Below, one piece after another: positions 8,911-18,006 of a stretch of DNA of 47,793 nucleotides (position 1 is the first letter of the stretch; each line of letters starts with the position of its first letter). This DNA is from Chloroflexota bacterium (GTDB lineage Bacteria; Chloroflexota; Dehalococcoidia; Lucifugimonadales; UBA3495), in contig JAQBVF010000027.1 in assembly GCA_027623675.1 (NCBI GenBank), forward strand, positions 1-47,793, written 5' to 3'. A program made the translations under genes and the position numbers. The notes below the pieces were generated by a model that ran no database searches, was not told where the DNA came from, and worked only from the letters and a program-made list of their open reading frames with translations.

Positions 8911-11223
8911 ATGGCTTCCAACGTGGTTCTGTCCAACCAAGAATTCAATGTGGTGGGCACCAGGCCCATCCGTCACGACGGCAATGACAAAGTAACCGGG
9001 CGAGCGCGCTACAGCGCCGATATGACTCTCCCCCGGCTATTGCACGGCAAGATTCTACGCAGCCCCCACGCCCACGCCCGCATCAGGTCCATCGACCCGA
9101 CCCGCGCCCTGTCGCTGGATGGCGTGAAGGCAGTGGTAACCGCCGCTGACTTCGCCCAGCCAAGCGGCAAGATCGCCGACCTGGGTGAAGGCGCCATGGC
9201 CAACCCCAAGTGGATCAGCAACAACTGCATGGCCGCCGAAAAGGCCCTGTACAAAGGGCACGCCGTGGCCGCTGTCGCCGCGACTACCCTCGGGATCGCC
9301 GAACAGGCAATGGCCTTGATCGATGTTGACTACGAGGTGCTGCAGGCCGTGGTAGACCTGCCTTCGGCCATGAAAGACGACGCGCCGATTTTGCACGAAA
9401 GACTAGCCAACTCGGAGAACGCGAACATCCGCCCCGGTGGTCTGCGCGATGACGACGATACCGGCAAAGCCACCAACATCTCCAACCACTTCGTTTTCGA
9501 GTTGGGAGACCCGGAGAAAGGACTCAAGAAGGCTGATATCGTGGTGGAGCGGGAGTACACCACCTCCACGGTGCATCAGGGTTACATCGAACCGCACACC
9601 GCCACCGCCATGTGGGGAGAAGACGGCAAGTTGACCATCTGGTGCAGCAGCCAGGGTCATTTCCAGATCCGAGACCTCACCAGTCTGGTCCTCGGCGTTC
9701 CCGTTTCTGACATCAAGGTGATTCCCATGGAGATCGGCGGCGGCTTCGGCGGAAAAACGGTTATCTACCTGGAGCCGGTGGCCGCGGCGCTTTCCAAGAA
9801 AGCCAGGCGTCCGGTGAAGATATCAATGGGCCGCGCTGAGATCTTCGAGGCGACGGGGCCGACCTCGGGCAGTTCCATCCGGGTGAAGATCGGAGCCAAC
9901 AACGACGGTATGATCACCGGCGCCGATGTCACCATGATCTACGAAGCCGGTGGCTTCCCCGGATCGCCCATCAACCAGGCTTGCCAGTGCGTTCTGGCGC
10001 CCTATGAGATCGCCGATGGGCGGATCGAGGGCTACGACGTGGTGCTAAACAAGCCCAAAGCCGCCGCCTACCGCGCACCAGGCGTGCCTGCGGCGGCCTT
10101 CGCGGTGGAGTCGGTCATCGACGAGATCTGCGAAAAGCTTGGGGTTGACCCGCTGGAATTCAGGGTTAAGAACGGGTCCAAGGAAGGGAGCCGCCGCATC
10201 CCCGGTCCGGTCTTGCAAAGGGTCGGCTACATGGAAACCTTGGCGGCGGCCATGAATACCGAACATTACAAAACCCCACTGACGGGCCCCAACCAGGGCC
10301 GGGGAGTCGCCGCTGGGTTCTGGTTCAACGGCACCGGACCAGCCTGCGCCACCGCCAGCGTCAATGCCGACGGCACGGTAAGTCTAACCGAGGGCTCGCC
10401 CGACATCGGCGGCGGCCGGGCGTCGATGGCGATCCAGTTGGCTGAAGTGCTGGGCATACCCGCCGAGGACGTACACCCATCGGTGGGCGACACCGACGCC
10501 ATCGGCTATACCTCTTTGACCGCCGGCAGCGGGGCTACCTTCAAGTCCGGCTGGGCTTCATTCGAGGCAGCCACGGATATCAAGCAGCAGATCATTCAGC
10601 GGGCCGCGCGGATCTGGGATGTCGGGCCCGAGCTTGTGGAATACGCCGATGGCGTGGCTTCCCACAAGTCAGACCCAGAGTTGAAGTTGACCTTCAAGCA
10701 GATCGCCGCCCGGTTGAACGGGACCGGTGGACCGGTTATCGGTCGCGGCAACGTGAACCCGGCGGGAGTGGGTAATGCTTTTGCGGTGCACATAGTTGAC
10801 GTGGAAGTAGACCCGGAGACCGGCAAGGTGGACATCCTGCGCTACACCGCACTACAGGACGTGGGCAAGGCCATCCATCCCAGCTACGTGGAGGGTCAGT
10901 TGCAAGGTGGAGTAGCACAGGGGATCGGCTGGGCGCTAAACGAGGAATACGTCTATAACGCATCCGGCGCGATGGCCAATTCGTCCTTCTTGGACTACCG
11001 GATGCCCACCAGCCTTGACCTGCCAATGATTGACACGGTGATCGTGGAGGTTGCCAATCCTGGACATCCCTTTGGAGTCCGGGGGGTCGGTGAAGTGTGT
11101 ATAGTGCCTCCCATCGGCGCGGTGGCAAACGCCATCCACGCCGCCGCCGGCGTCCGCATGGGTGTGCTGCCCATGTCTCCGGGCAACATCCTGGAAGCCC
11201 TGTGGGCCCAGGAAGGCAAGTAA
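8911..11223 (+). CDS. Xanthine dehydrogenase family molybdopterin-binding (large) subunit
   Basis: KVTGRARYSAD, LRSPHAHARI, HQGYIEPH, IGGGFGGK, AYRAPG, VEVDPETGKV, EGQLQGGVAQGIGWAL, GVRGVGE. Confidence 0.93.
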   Translation: MASNVVLSNQEFNVVGTRPIRHDGNDKVTGRARYSADMTLPRLLHGKILRSPHAHARIRSIDPTRALSLDGVKAVVTAADFAQPSGKIADLGEGAMANPKWISNNCMAAEKALYKGHAVAAVAATTLGIAEQAMALIDVDYEVLQAVVDLPSAMKDDAPILHERLANSENANIRPGGLRDDDDTGKATNISNHFVFELGDPEKGLKKADIVVEREYTTSTVHQGYIEPHTATAMWGEDGKLTIWCSSQGHFQIRDLTSLVLGVPVSDIKVIPMEIGGGFGGKTVIYLEPVAAALSKKARRPVKISMGRAEIFEATGPTSGSSIRVKIGANNDGMITGADVTMIYEAGGFPGSPINQACQCVLAPYEIADGRIEGYDVVLNKPKAAAYRAPGVPAAAFAVESVIDEICEKLGVDPLEFRVKNGSKEGSRRIPGPVLQRVGYMETLAAAMNTEHYKTPLTGPNQGRGVAAGFWFNGTGPACATASVNADGTVSLTEGSPDIGGGRASMAIQLAEVLGIPAEDVHPSVGDTDAIGYTSLTAGSGATFKSGWASFEAATDIKQQIIQRAARIWDVGPELVEYADGVASHKSDPELKLTFKQIAARLNGTGGPVIGRGNVNPAGVGNAFAVHIVDVEVDPETGKVDILRYTALQDVGKAIHPSYVEGQLQGGVAQGIGWALNEEYVYNASGAMANSSFLDYRMPTSLDLPMIDTVIVEVANPGHPFGVRGVGEVCIVPPIGAVANAIHAAAGVRMGVLPMSPGNILEALWAQEGK

Positions 11224-11322
11224 GAGGCAGCCGCGAAACGGCGCCAGATAAACCAAGCGCCGCCCGGTACGGATCCGTTTCGCCCTCGCCCTGAATCGAC
11301 CAACAAACCGGAAACACGATTG

Positions 11323-11358
11323 AGAGGCCCCAGGCTCATGCACGAGCCTGGGGCCTCT
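11323..11358. repeat. Perfect 15-bp inverted repeat (strong hairpin, no U-tract)
   Basis: AGAGGCCCCAGGCTC-ATGCAC-GAGCCTGGGGCCTCT, 100 nt after the xdh-like stop codon. Confidence 0.75.
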
Positions 11359-11614
11359 GTGCGCACAGCCCCATCTCGATCGAGTCGCCCTCCAGCCAAG
11401 CTTTGGGGGAATGTTGAAAGCCCGATCTTTTGGTTCCATCAACCTAGACCGTGTGGTAGGCTGTTCGATGCGAACCGCCAGGCTGCCACGGCTTTGAACT
11501 AGACGTTGGCGCTAACACCGCCGGAATAGACTCGCCCGGTGAAGTTTGCCCCGGCCGTCTGCGGAAGTCATCTTCGGTTTGGTCCGGTCCAATGTTCTTA
11601 GTCCTGGCGGCCGC

Positions 11615-11640
11615 TTGACAGGAAATGGTTTCCGAATAAT
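11615..11640 (+). promoter_or_regulatory. Candidate sigma70 promoter with a palindromic operator in the spacer
   Basis: Consensus TTGACA (11615-11620), then GGAAA-TGG-TTTCC (11621-11633), then AT-rich AATAAT. The -10 spacing is imperfect. Confidence 0.42.
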
Positions 11641-11674
11641 CCTAAAGTCGAGATTAAATATCTAGGGAGAATCC

Positions 11675-13249
11675 ATGAAATACGACATTGTCATCGTCGG
11701 CGGCGGGGCTGCTGGTTCGGTGCTGGCCAGCAGATTAGCCGAGGACTCGAATACCTCGGTGCTGTTGCTGGAAGCCGGGCCGGATTACCCGGACCCAGCC
11801 AGCCTGCCGGACGAGGTTAAATTCGGCCACACACGATACGCCGAAGCCCAGGACTCACAGCACAACTGGGCGCTGCGCGGGACCATCACCGAAGAGCAGG
11901 GCGAGATTCACGTGGCCCAGGGCAAGGTGATTGGCGGCGGTTCATCCATCAACGGTCAGGCGATGCAAAGAGGACTGCCCGAGGATTTCGAGAACTGGGC
12001 CGAAATGGGCAACACCGAATGGTCCTACACCAAGGTGCTGCCCTTCTTCAGGAAGTCGGAGCACGATCTGGACATACGTGATGACTTCCACGGCACGGAC
12101 GGACCGATGCCCGTAAGGCGCCGCCAGTCCGGCCCGACGCCCGACATTCAAAGGGCGTTCCGGGAGGCCTGCTTGCAGGAGGGCTTCAACGTCACGGAAG
12201 ATACCAATGGCCCCAACCCGGCCGGGGTTGGCGTGGCGCCTTCGAACAACCTGGACGGCATGAGGATGAGCGCCGCCATGACCTACCTGGGTCCCATGCG
12301 CCACCGCCTCAACCTGACGGTGCGGGGCGGGGTACTGGTCAGGAAGATTCTGATAGAGAACAACAAGGCCGTTGGCGTGGAAGCCGAAAGCGGCGGCGAT
12401 GTCTTCAACATCGAAGCTGACCGGGTGGTACTGAGCGCCGGAGCTATCAAATCGCCCCACCTGCTTATGCTGTCAGGCATCGGCCCGGAAGACCAACTGA
12501 AGGAATTTGGGATTCCCATCATCAAGGCGGCGCCAGGGGTGGGCCAGAACCTCTTTAACCACCTCAGCTCCCACGTCGCCTTCAAGGTCAAGGACGGGGT
12601 GACCCTGTCCGGCGATGTCGACGCGGTCCATTACAGCCTGCATTACTCGTCGGAGGGGACAGGCATCGTGAACGACATGGTGCTGCGGACGAATCCGGTG
12701 GTTGACGAACGTGAGGAGAAAGTACCCGGGTTACGGACCAAATACGTCACCGACGGTATCTCGCCCGATCAGGTGGGGCGGATCTCCTGCACGCTTGGCC
12801 TGCCCGATGGCTCAGGACAGGTCAGGCTGGCGTCAACCGACCCTTCGGTGCAGCCGTCTTTCAACTACCAGTACCTGCAGAACGCCAACGACGCCAAGCG
12901 CGTCCGGGACGGAGTACGGATGGCCACCAGGTTCCTGGAGACCGATGCGTACAAGGACGTGTTGGACCACCGGATCAACCCCACCGACGATATCTTGGCC
13001 GACGATGACGCTTTGGACCTGTGGATACGCCAGAACGTGGGCACTGCCAGGCACGTTTCCGGGACCTGCAAGATGGGACCAGATTCGGACCCGATGGCGG
13101 TGGTCGATCAGTACTGCCGGGTAAAGGGGATACAGAGCTTGTGGGTGGTTGACGCATCGGTGATGCCTCGGGTCCCCAGGTCCGGCGGCGCCCATGCCAC
13201 GGTCCTGATGATCGGAGAACGGGCGGTAGACTGGATCGCGGCGGGTTAA
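11675..13249 (+). CDS. GMC family oxidoreductase (MftG-like C-terminal motif)
   Basis: IVGGGAAG FAD motif, LLLEAG, GKVIGGGSSING, LSAGAIKSPHLLMLSGIGP, PGVGQNL, HVSGTCKMG, VVDASVMP. Confidence 0.93.
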   Translation: MKYDIVIVGGGAAGSVLASRLAEDSNTSVLLLEAGPDYPDPASLPDEVKFGHTRYAEAQDSQHNWALRGTITEEQGEIHVAQGKVIGGGSSINGQAMQRGLPEDFENWAEMGNTEWSYTKVLPFFRKSEHDLDIRDDFHGTDGPMPVRRRQSGPTPDIQRAFREACLQEGFNVTEDTNGPNPAGVGVAPSNNLDGMRMSAAMTYLGPMRHRLNLTVRGGVLVRKILIENNKAVGVEAESGGDVFNIEADRVVLSAGAIKSPHLLMLSGIGPEDQLKEFGIPIIKAAPGVGQNLFNHLSSHVAFKVKDGVTLSGDVDAVHYSLHYSSEGTGIVNDMVLRTNPVVDEREEKVPGLRTKYVTDGISPDQVGRISCTLGLPDGSGQVRLASTDPSVQPSFNYQYLQNANDAKRVRDGVRMATRFLETDAYKDVLDHRINPTDDILADDDALDLWIRQNVGTARHVSGTCKMGPDSDPMAVVDQYCRVKGIQSLWVVDASVMPRVPRSGGAHATVLMIGERAVDWIAAG

Positions 13250-13313
13250 ACCAGCCCTGACGAAGTCTAAGATGCCGGCCTGAAACCGGCGGACCGCAGA
13301 ACAACCTAGAAAG

Positions 13314-13349
13314 AAAAAAGCACCGACCGAATCTGGCCGGTGCTTTTTT
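13314..13349. terminator. Bidirectional intrinsic terminator
   Basis: AAAAAAGCACCG-N12-CGGTGCTTTTTT, with T-tracts on both strands, downstream of the GMC gene. Confidence 0.82.
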
Positions 13350-13473
13350 ATTCCGTGAGGCTCGAACTCTCGGTCAAAAACGGTTTGGTGGTTTCGGCGG
13401 CTAAACGCCGCTTTCTTTGAGGTACCGATAATCGACGTTGGTTCTTTTTCAACTCTACCTCAGGCTCCCGCAT
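13348..13473 (-). CDS. Possible 41-aa basic small protein (below the ORF-track cutoff)
   Basis: MREPEVELKKNQRRLSVPQRKRRLAAETTKPFLTESSSLTE. Its TAA runs into the bidirectional terminator. No family recognised. Confidence 0.25.
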   Translation of the reverse strand: MREPEVELKKNQRRLSVPQRKRRLAAETTKPFLTESSSLTE

Positions 13474-13744
13474 CTCTTTCGGGACCTTTAGGACAGCCGC
13501 CATGCTAGATGTGAGGCTGCGAACGCATCATCGGATTCCATATCGGCGAATCTAAGCCCTACGCCGGGGATTCCAGATGAGGGTTCCCACTCAACCAAGA
13601 ATGGTGTAGGCACCGCTGTGCTGATCACTTCCAACGCGCATGCTGTTGGGTAGCGAAAAATGGATCGCGGGTCGCGTTGGGTCCAACATGCTTGGTTCGC
13701 AGGTATCCACCTCGCCGTTGGTATCGGCCCCGCGGATAAATGGT

Positions 13745-14671
13745 ATGACAAACGATGTATTCAAGATTCCCGATCAACCCGGCCTTTGGGTAAAGGGTGG
13801 AGGCTGGCTGTTTGAATGGCTAGAAGTCCCAAGCCAAACTTGGCCGCTTGAATCTGGCGATACCGAAGTCGAGTGGGCTCTGGTCTACAGAATGTCCGGC
13901 GAGCCAAAGTTGGAGGTTTACGATCCTCTTTCTCAGCCCGAGCCGGTCTATCTGGCGTTTGCCGATCTGGGCAAGGCGGTGTGGGACGGTTGTGACCGGC
14001 GATTATTGGACGATTCGAAACTTGATGCAGATGTTCAAGAACGATTTGAGACTGCCGCAGGCCGGTTTATATTCCAATACGGGCCGCCGGTAGATCCAGG
14101 AGCCACCGGCATATCCCCGATGGAGAGGTCGGTGCACCACATGTTGCGTCAGGCACAGTTGGTCGACCTCGCCGTCCGATACCTCCGAGTGCGAAAAGGG
14201 GAGGAGGACACGAATCGACTTCGAAGTTATCTCCAGGCCGCACCGACGGCTGCAACGAAGAATGGCGAGGAACTTTCAGCCGAGTCGCCAATTCCGACAT
14301 TGGACTCATTCTATGAGATAGTGACCGCGGCTGAGGCGATGATTGATGGTCTGCAAACAAGTCAACTGAACCTTGGCGGTCTGGGGCTTGCCGTCCGGCC
14401 GCCCAGGCCTGACGAATCATCGCGGGATTGGACATTTGAACTGCGGTTCGAACATCTATTGAGCGTGATCTGGTATCAAACCCTAAAGTCGATCGTCTTG
14501 GGAACGCTGGTACGCGCCTGCCGGAACGTGCGCTGCCGCAAGCCCGGGCGGTTATTCGAGCCGTCTCGGACGAACCAGTGGTACTGCAGCACAAGATGCC
14601 GCAACACGCATAACGTGTGGATGTTTAGGCATCCCACACAGTCCGGGCGCCTTGACGATGTACTCCCTTGA
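13745..14671 (+). CDS. Hypothetical protein with a C-terminal CGNR-type zinc finger
   Basis: C-terminal RACRNVRC...LFEPSRTNQWYCSTRCRN..NV..FR. Start uncertain (13640/13688/13745). Confidence 0.65.
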   Translation: MTNDVFKIPDQPGLWVKGGGWLFEWLEVPSQTWPLESGDTEVEWALVYRMSGEPKLEVYDPLSQPEPVYLAFADLGKAVWDGCDRRLLDDSKLDADVQERFETAAGRFIFQYGPPVDPGATGISPMERSVHHMLRQAQLVDLAVRYLRVRKGEEDTNRLRSYLQAAPTAATKNGEELSAESPIPTLDSFYEIVTAAEAMIDGLQTSQLNLGGLGLAVRPPRPDESSRDWTFELRFEHLLSVIWYQTLKSIVLGTLVRACRNVRCRKPGRLFEPSRTNQWYCSTRCRNTHNVWMFRHPTQSGRLDDVLP

Positions 14672-14802
14672 CCAGGGTCCGGGAGTCGTGGCAACCGGTG
14701 ATCACCTACGACCTCGGACCGGCGTTATGGCCTTCCGGGAAAGTCAGATTTGGGACGGGGTGGTCTGTATATCAGGCGCTGGCTTCCCCGGTGGCTCGCT
14801 GG

Positions 14803-15663
14803 CTATCTCGCGCCGGGCGACCAGTTGTAGATCTTCTGGAGAGAGCCGCCCATGAGGACCGACCGCTCCGCATCCGATAGTTGGTCCGTAACCCGGAACG
14901 CCTCCACGCCCTGCTCGTAGTTCAACAGCAGCACCGCCCGGGTCCAGTCGGTGCCCCACATGCACCGGTCGAGTCCGAACGCATCGAACACCTTGCTCAG
15001 AGGCTCCCAGATGTCCGGGTAGGGGAAAGGCTGGTGGGACAGGGTGCCGGCGCCGGAGATCTTGATAGCCACGTTGTCGTAAGCGGCCAGGGCCAGCACG
15101 TTTGCCAGGTCGGCGAACGGTTCCGGCGGCGGCGGCGGCTCGAAAGGCTGGACCAGACCCACATGATCGACCACGATCTGCGTGTCTGGATTGCGCCGGG
15201 CCAACTCGCCCATGAGTTGCAACTTGCCCGAACACATGACATTGATGGGGATTCCGGCCTGGGCGCCGGCGGCGAAGATCCGGTTGAGACCTGGGTCATC
15301 CGCCGTGTATTCCTGGGCGGTGAGCATGATGCGGGCCCCAGCCACGCCGGGAGTCGCCGCCCAATCCGCGACCTCATCGGCCACCGATTCCGACGCGGGA
15401 TCGAAGGGCTTGATCAGGGCAAACCGGTCCGGGTGGGCCGCGTATACCTCCAGCGCATAGCTGGCATCGTAGCGGTAGAGACTGAACGGTGATATCAGCA
15501 GGGCCCCGTCAACGCCGACCGCGTCCATCGCCGCCACCATGTCGTCACCCGTAACCTCGTCCGGCCCCTGTAAAAAGCCGCTCCAAGGACGGCCCGGATG
15601 ATTTCTCTCATAGGCGTGTACTTGGACGTCGATCGTGGGAGTTTGTGTTGCCATCGCGCTCAC
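14803..15663 (-). CDS. Amidohydrolase family 2 protein (lactonase-like)
   Basis: IDVQVHAY, MDAVGVDGALL, IVVDHVG, NVAIKISG, FGLDRCMWGTDW. Alternative start at ATG 15654. Confidence 0.9.
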   Translation of the reverse strand: MSAMATQTPTIDVQVHAYERNHPGRPWSGFLQGPDEVTGDDMVAAMDAVGVDGALLISPFSLYRYDASYALEVYAAHPDRFALIKPFDPASESVADEVADWAATPGVAGARIMLTAQEYTADDPGLNRIFAAGAQAGIPINVMCSGKLQLMGELARRNPDTQIVVDHVGLVQPFEPPPPPEPFADLANVLALAAYDNVAIKISGAGTLSHQPFPYPDIWEPLSKVFDAFGLDRCMWGTDWTRAVLLLNYEQGVEAFRVTDQLSDAERSVLMGGSLQKIYNWSPGAR

Positions 15664-15959
15664 CGCATTCCTATCCGGATTTGAAGGCCAGCCGGCCTCG
15701 GGGTCATGACCCTTCAGCTTAATGCTGGCAGTGTAGGAGTGCGATCCGGCCCCGTCAATAACTTTTCAGATCTGGTTGGGAACGGTATAAGTCGCTGCAT
15801 CGGGCCTTAGAAGGCGATTATCCGTCTGATTTGCATTGCGAAGCAGATTGACGCACCGGGTCCGTAGGCATATAGTTCGCGCTACCCTTGGGATGTAAGC
15901 GTCAAGGGAAGCCAATCTCGTTATTCCAAGCACGATTCTGGATGGGACGTAGCGATAAT

Positions 15960-17222
15960 ATGGCGGAAAACTCAATCACATCGACCGACGAAGAGCGCCT
16001 TGGCGTCCGCAGGTCCGCGCCGTTCGTCTTGAGCGGGTTGAGCGCGGGCCACGGAATCTTCCACTGGTTCAGCCAGAGCTTCTTCGTGATGCTGCCGGAG
16101 GTGGTCGCCACCTTTGGCCTGAGCGGACTCCAGGTGGGCGCGATCTCGGCCACCCGCGAGGTAATCTCGGGAATGATTGCCCTTCCCGGCGGCGTGATAA
16201 CGGACATGGTGCGGCGCCACTGGGGTCTGGTGCTGGCCGGCTGCATGGGTCTGTTCGGACTGGGCTGGCTAATCATGGGGATCGCGCCGGTCTACCCGGT
16301 ATTGCTATTGGGCATGGCGGCAGTCGCGGCGGCCGCCTCCATGTGGCATCTGCCCGCGGCGGCGGCGTTGTCGCGGCGGTTCGCTGACCGGCGCGGCTCC
16401 GCTCTATCCATCCATGGCGTCGGCGGCAATATCGGCGATGTGCTTGGCCCCGCATTGACCGGCGTTCTGCTGCTGTCCCTCAGTTGGAGGGGGGTCCTCA
16501 GCATCTACGCCGTGGTGCCGATGCTGCTGATATTCGTGGTGTTTTGGTCATTCCGGGATATTGGCCGCACGGCTTCTCAAGCCGCCCCTGCCGCCAGGTT
16601 CCGCGAACAGATGGCCAACACCCGCCTGTCCTTCGCGGAGCATCCCCGGCTGTGGGGAATCATGGCCGTGGCGGGCCTTCGAGGCATGGCCAATGTGGCG
16701 TTTCTTCCCTTTCTCGCTCTTTACCTGGGACTAGACGAGGAATTGGGCTTGGGCAATGCTGCACTGGGGCTGCATATCGCGCTGCTTGTGGGCGTGGGGG
16801 TCGTGGCTGCGCCGGCCATCGGCTACCTATCGGACCGGGCCGGCCGGAAATTAGTGCTGGTGCCCGGCATGCTGACCCTGTGCGTTCTGACGGCGCTGCT
16901 GGTCCCGTTCGGTGACGGCATCGGGTTGATTGTTATCCTGGCGCTGCTGGGCATCTTCTTTTTCAGCGACCAGCCGATCCTGACCGCCGCGGCCCTGGAC
17001 ATAGTTGGCGACCGGGTTGCCGCCAGCACTCTTGGCGTGTTCTCTTTCTCCAGGTTCGTGCTTGCGGCCGCATCCCCGTTGATCGGCGGCAAACTGTTCG
17101 ATGAAGTGGGGATCGAATCCACCTTTTTCTACATCTCAGGCATCTACCTGCTGGGCACGATCGTGCTGCTGGCGGTCCCTCTCTCGGCGTCCAAAGCCAC
17201 CAAGGATGGCGGCGAGGATTAG
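15960..17222 (+). CDS. MFS transporter
   Basis: About 12 hydrophobic segments; motif A variants GVITDMVRR and GYLSDRAGRK; RRGSALSIHGVGGNIG (Fsr-like). Confidence 0.9.
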   Translation: MAENSITSTDEERLGVRRSAPFVLSGLSAGHGIFHWFSQSFFVMLPEVVATFGLSGLQVGAISATREVISGMIALPGGVITDMVRRHWGLVLAGCMGLFGLGWLIMGIAPVYPVLLLGMAAVAAAASMWHLPAAAALSRRFADRRGSALSIHGVGGNIGDVLGPALTGVLLLSLSWRGVLSIYAVVPMLLIFVVFWSFRDIGRTASQAAPAARFREQMANTRLSFAEHPRLWGIMAVAGLRGMANVAFLPFLALYLGLDEELGLGNAALGLHIALLVGVGVVAAPAIGYLSDRAGRKLVLVPGMLTLCVLTALLVPFGDGIGLIVILALLGIFFFSDQPILTAAALDIVGDRVAASTLGVFSFSRFVLAAASPLIGGKLFDEVGIESTFFYISGIYLLGTIVLLAVPLSASKATKDGGED

Positions 17223-17342
17223 CCTGGATCTAGGCAGGGTGATGCTGGGGCGCCGCTCAGACGCGCGGCGAGCATTTCGTAGTCTCCGGGGGGGAGTAAA
17301 TTGCCTCAAAGGGTGGGGCATCGGTCTCGGATAGGGCCCGCG

Positions 17343-17868
17343 CTATACGAACCAGCCCATCCCCTTGTGGTAGCCCCTGAGGTAGGCGATCTGCCCGCCG
17401 TGAACGCAATTATCGAAGCACAAAACTCCCAAAGAATGTGCCTATGGATGCCGGTGGCCGGGGCGGAACGTTTAGCTGGCGTTCCATATCGGTCACAGAC
17501 AAAGCCCCGATATATTCACTGGCCGCCGCCTTAACGCCGGCGTAGTAGCCGACGAGCGATTCCTTGGCCGGAAGCTGCCAGGCCGCGACCTGTTCTTTGG
17601 TCCAACCCTGCCCCGTATTGTCGATACCGCCGTCGAGGCCGAACTTGTCATTCCAACCGTCTTTGACCCACAACTGAGGAACTTCCTGGCACCACGTATG
17701 CACAAAGCGGTCGACGACCCGGGTCATGTGCCAAAGGAGCCACCCCATGGAGTTTGACTCGTCGTTTAATCGGACCCCGATCATTGCGTCGTCCACATCT
17801 TCCAGGGCTTTATCCACCATGGCCCAGTTACGCTCCAGGGCGGTTAGGGCAGTTTCTGCAGCTGACAT
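17343..17868 (-). pseudogene. DinB/YfiT family protein with a +1 frameshift near the 3' end
   Basis: N-terminal NSMGWLLWHMTRVVD. The family C-terminus (LGVLCFDNCVHGGQIAYLRGYHKGMGWFV*) lies in another frame after ACA TTC TTT GGG (~17431). The span is 526 nt = 3n+1. Confidence 0.8.
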
Positions 17869-18006
17869 CTATTCGACTCCAAGCACCTGATGTTTCAGGG
17901 GATTAATCTACCGGCGACCAGCCTGGTTGTCCAACCAAGAGCACAAAGGCCAGCGGCCGCCATCGCCGCGCCCGACCGTGTCACCAACCGGTGTTGCCTA
18001 CCGGTT

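Noticed and set aside
8911..11223. Aerobic CO dehydrogenase CoxL
   Set aside because: The active-site loop is AYRAPG, not AYxCSFR (form I) or AYxGAGR (form II), and there is no coxM/coxS.
11224..11674. Known riboswitch (cobalamin/Moco) in the 450-bp intergenic gap
   Set aside because: I could not find the conserved boxes by eye. An Rfam scan would be decisive.
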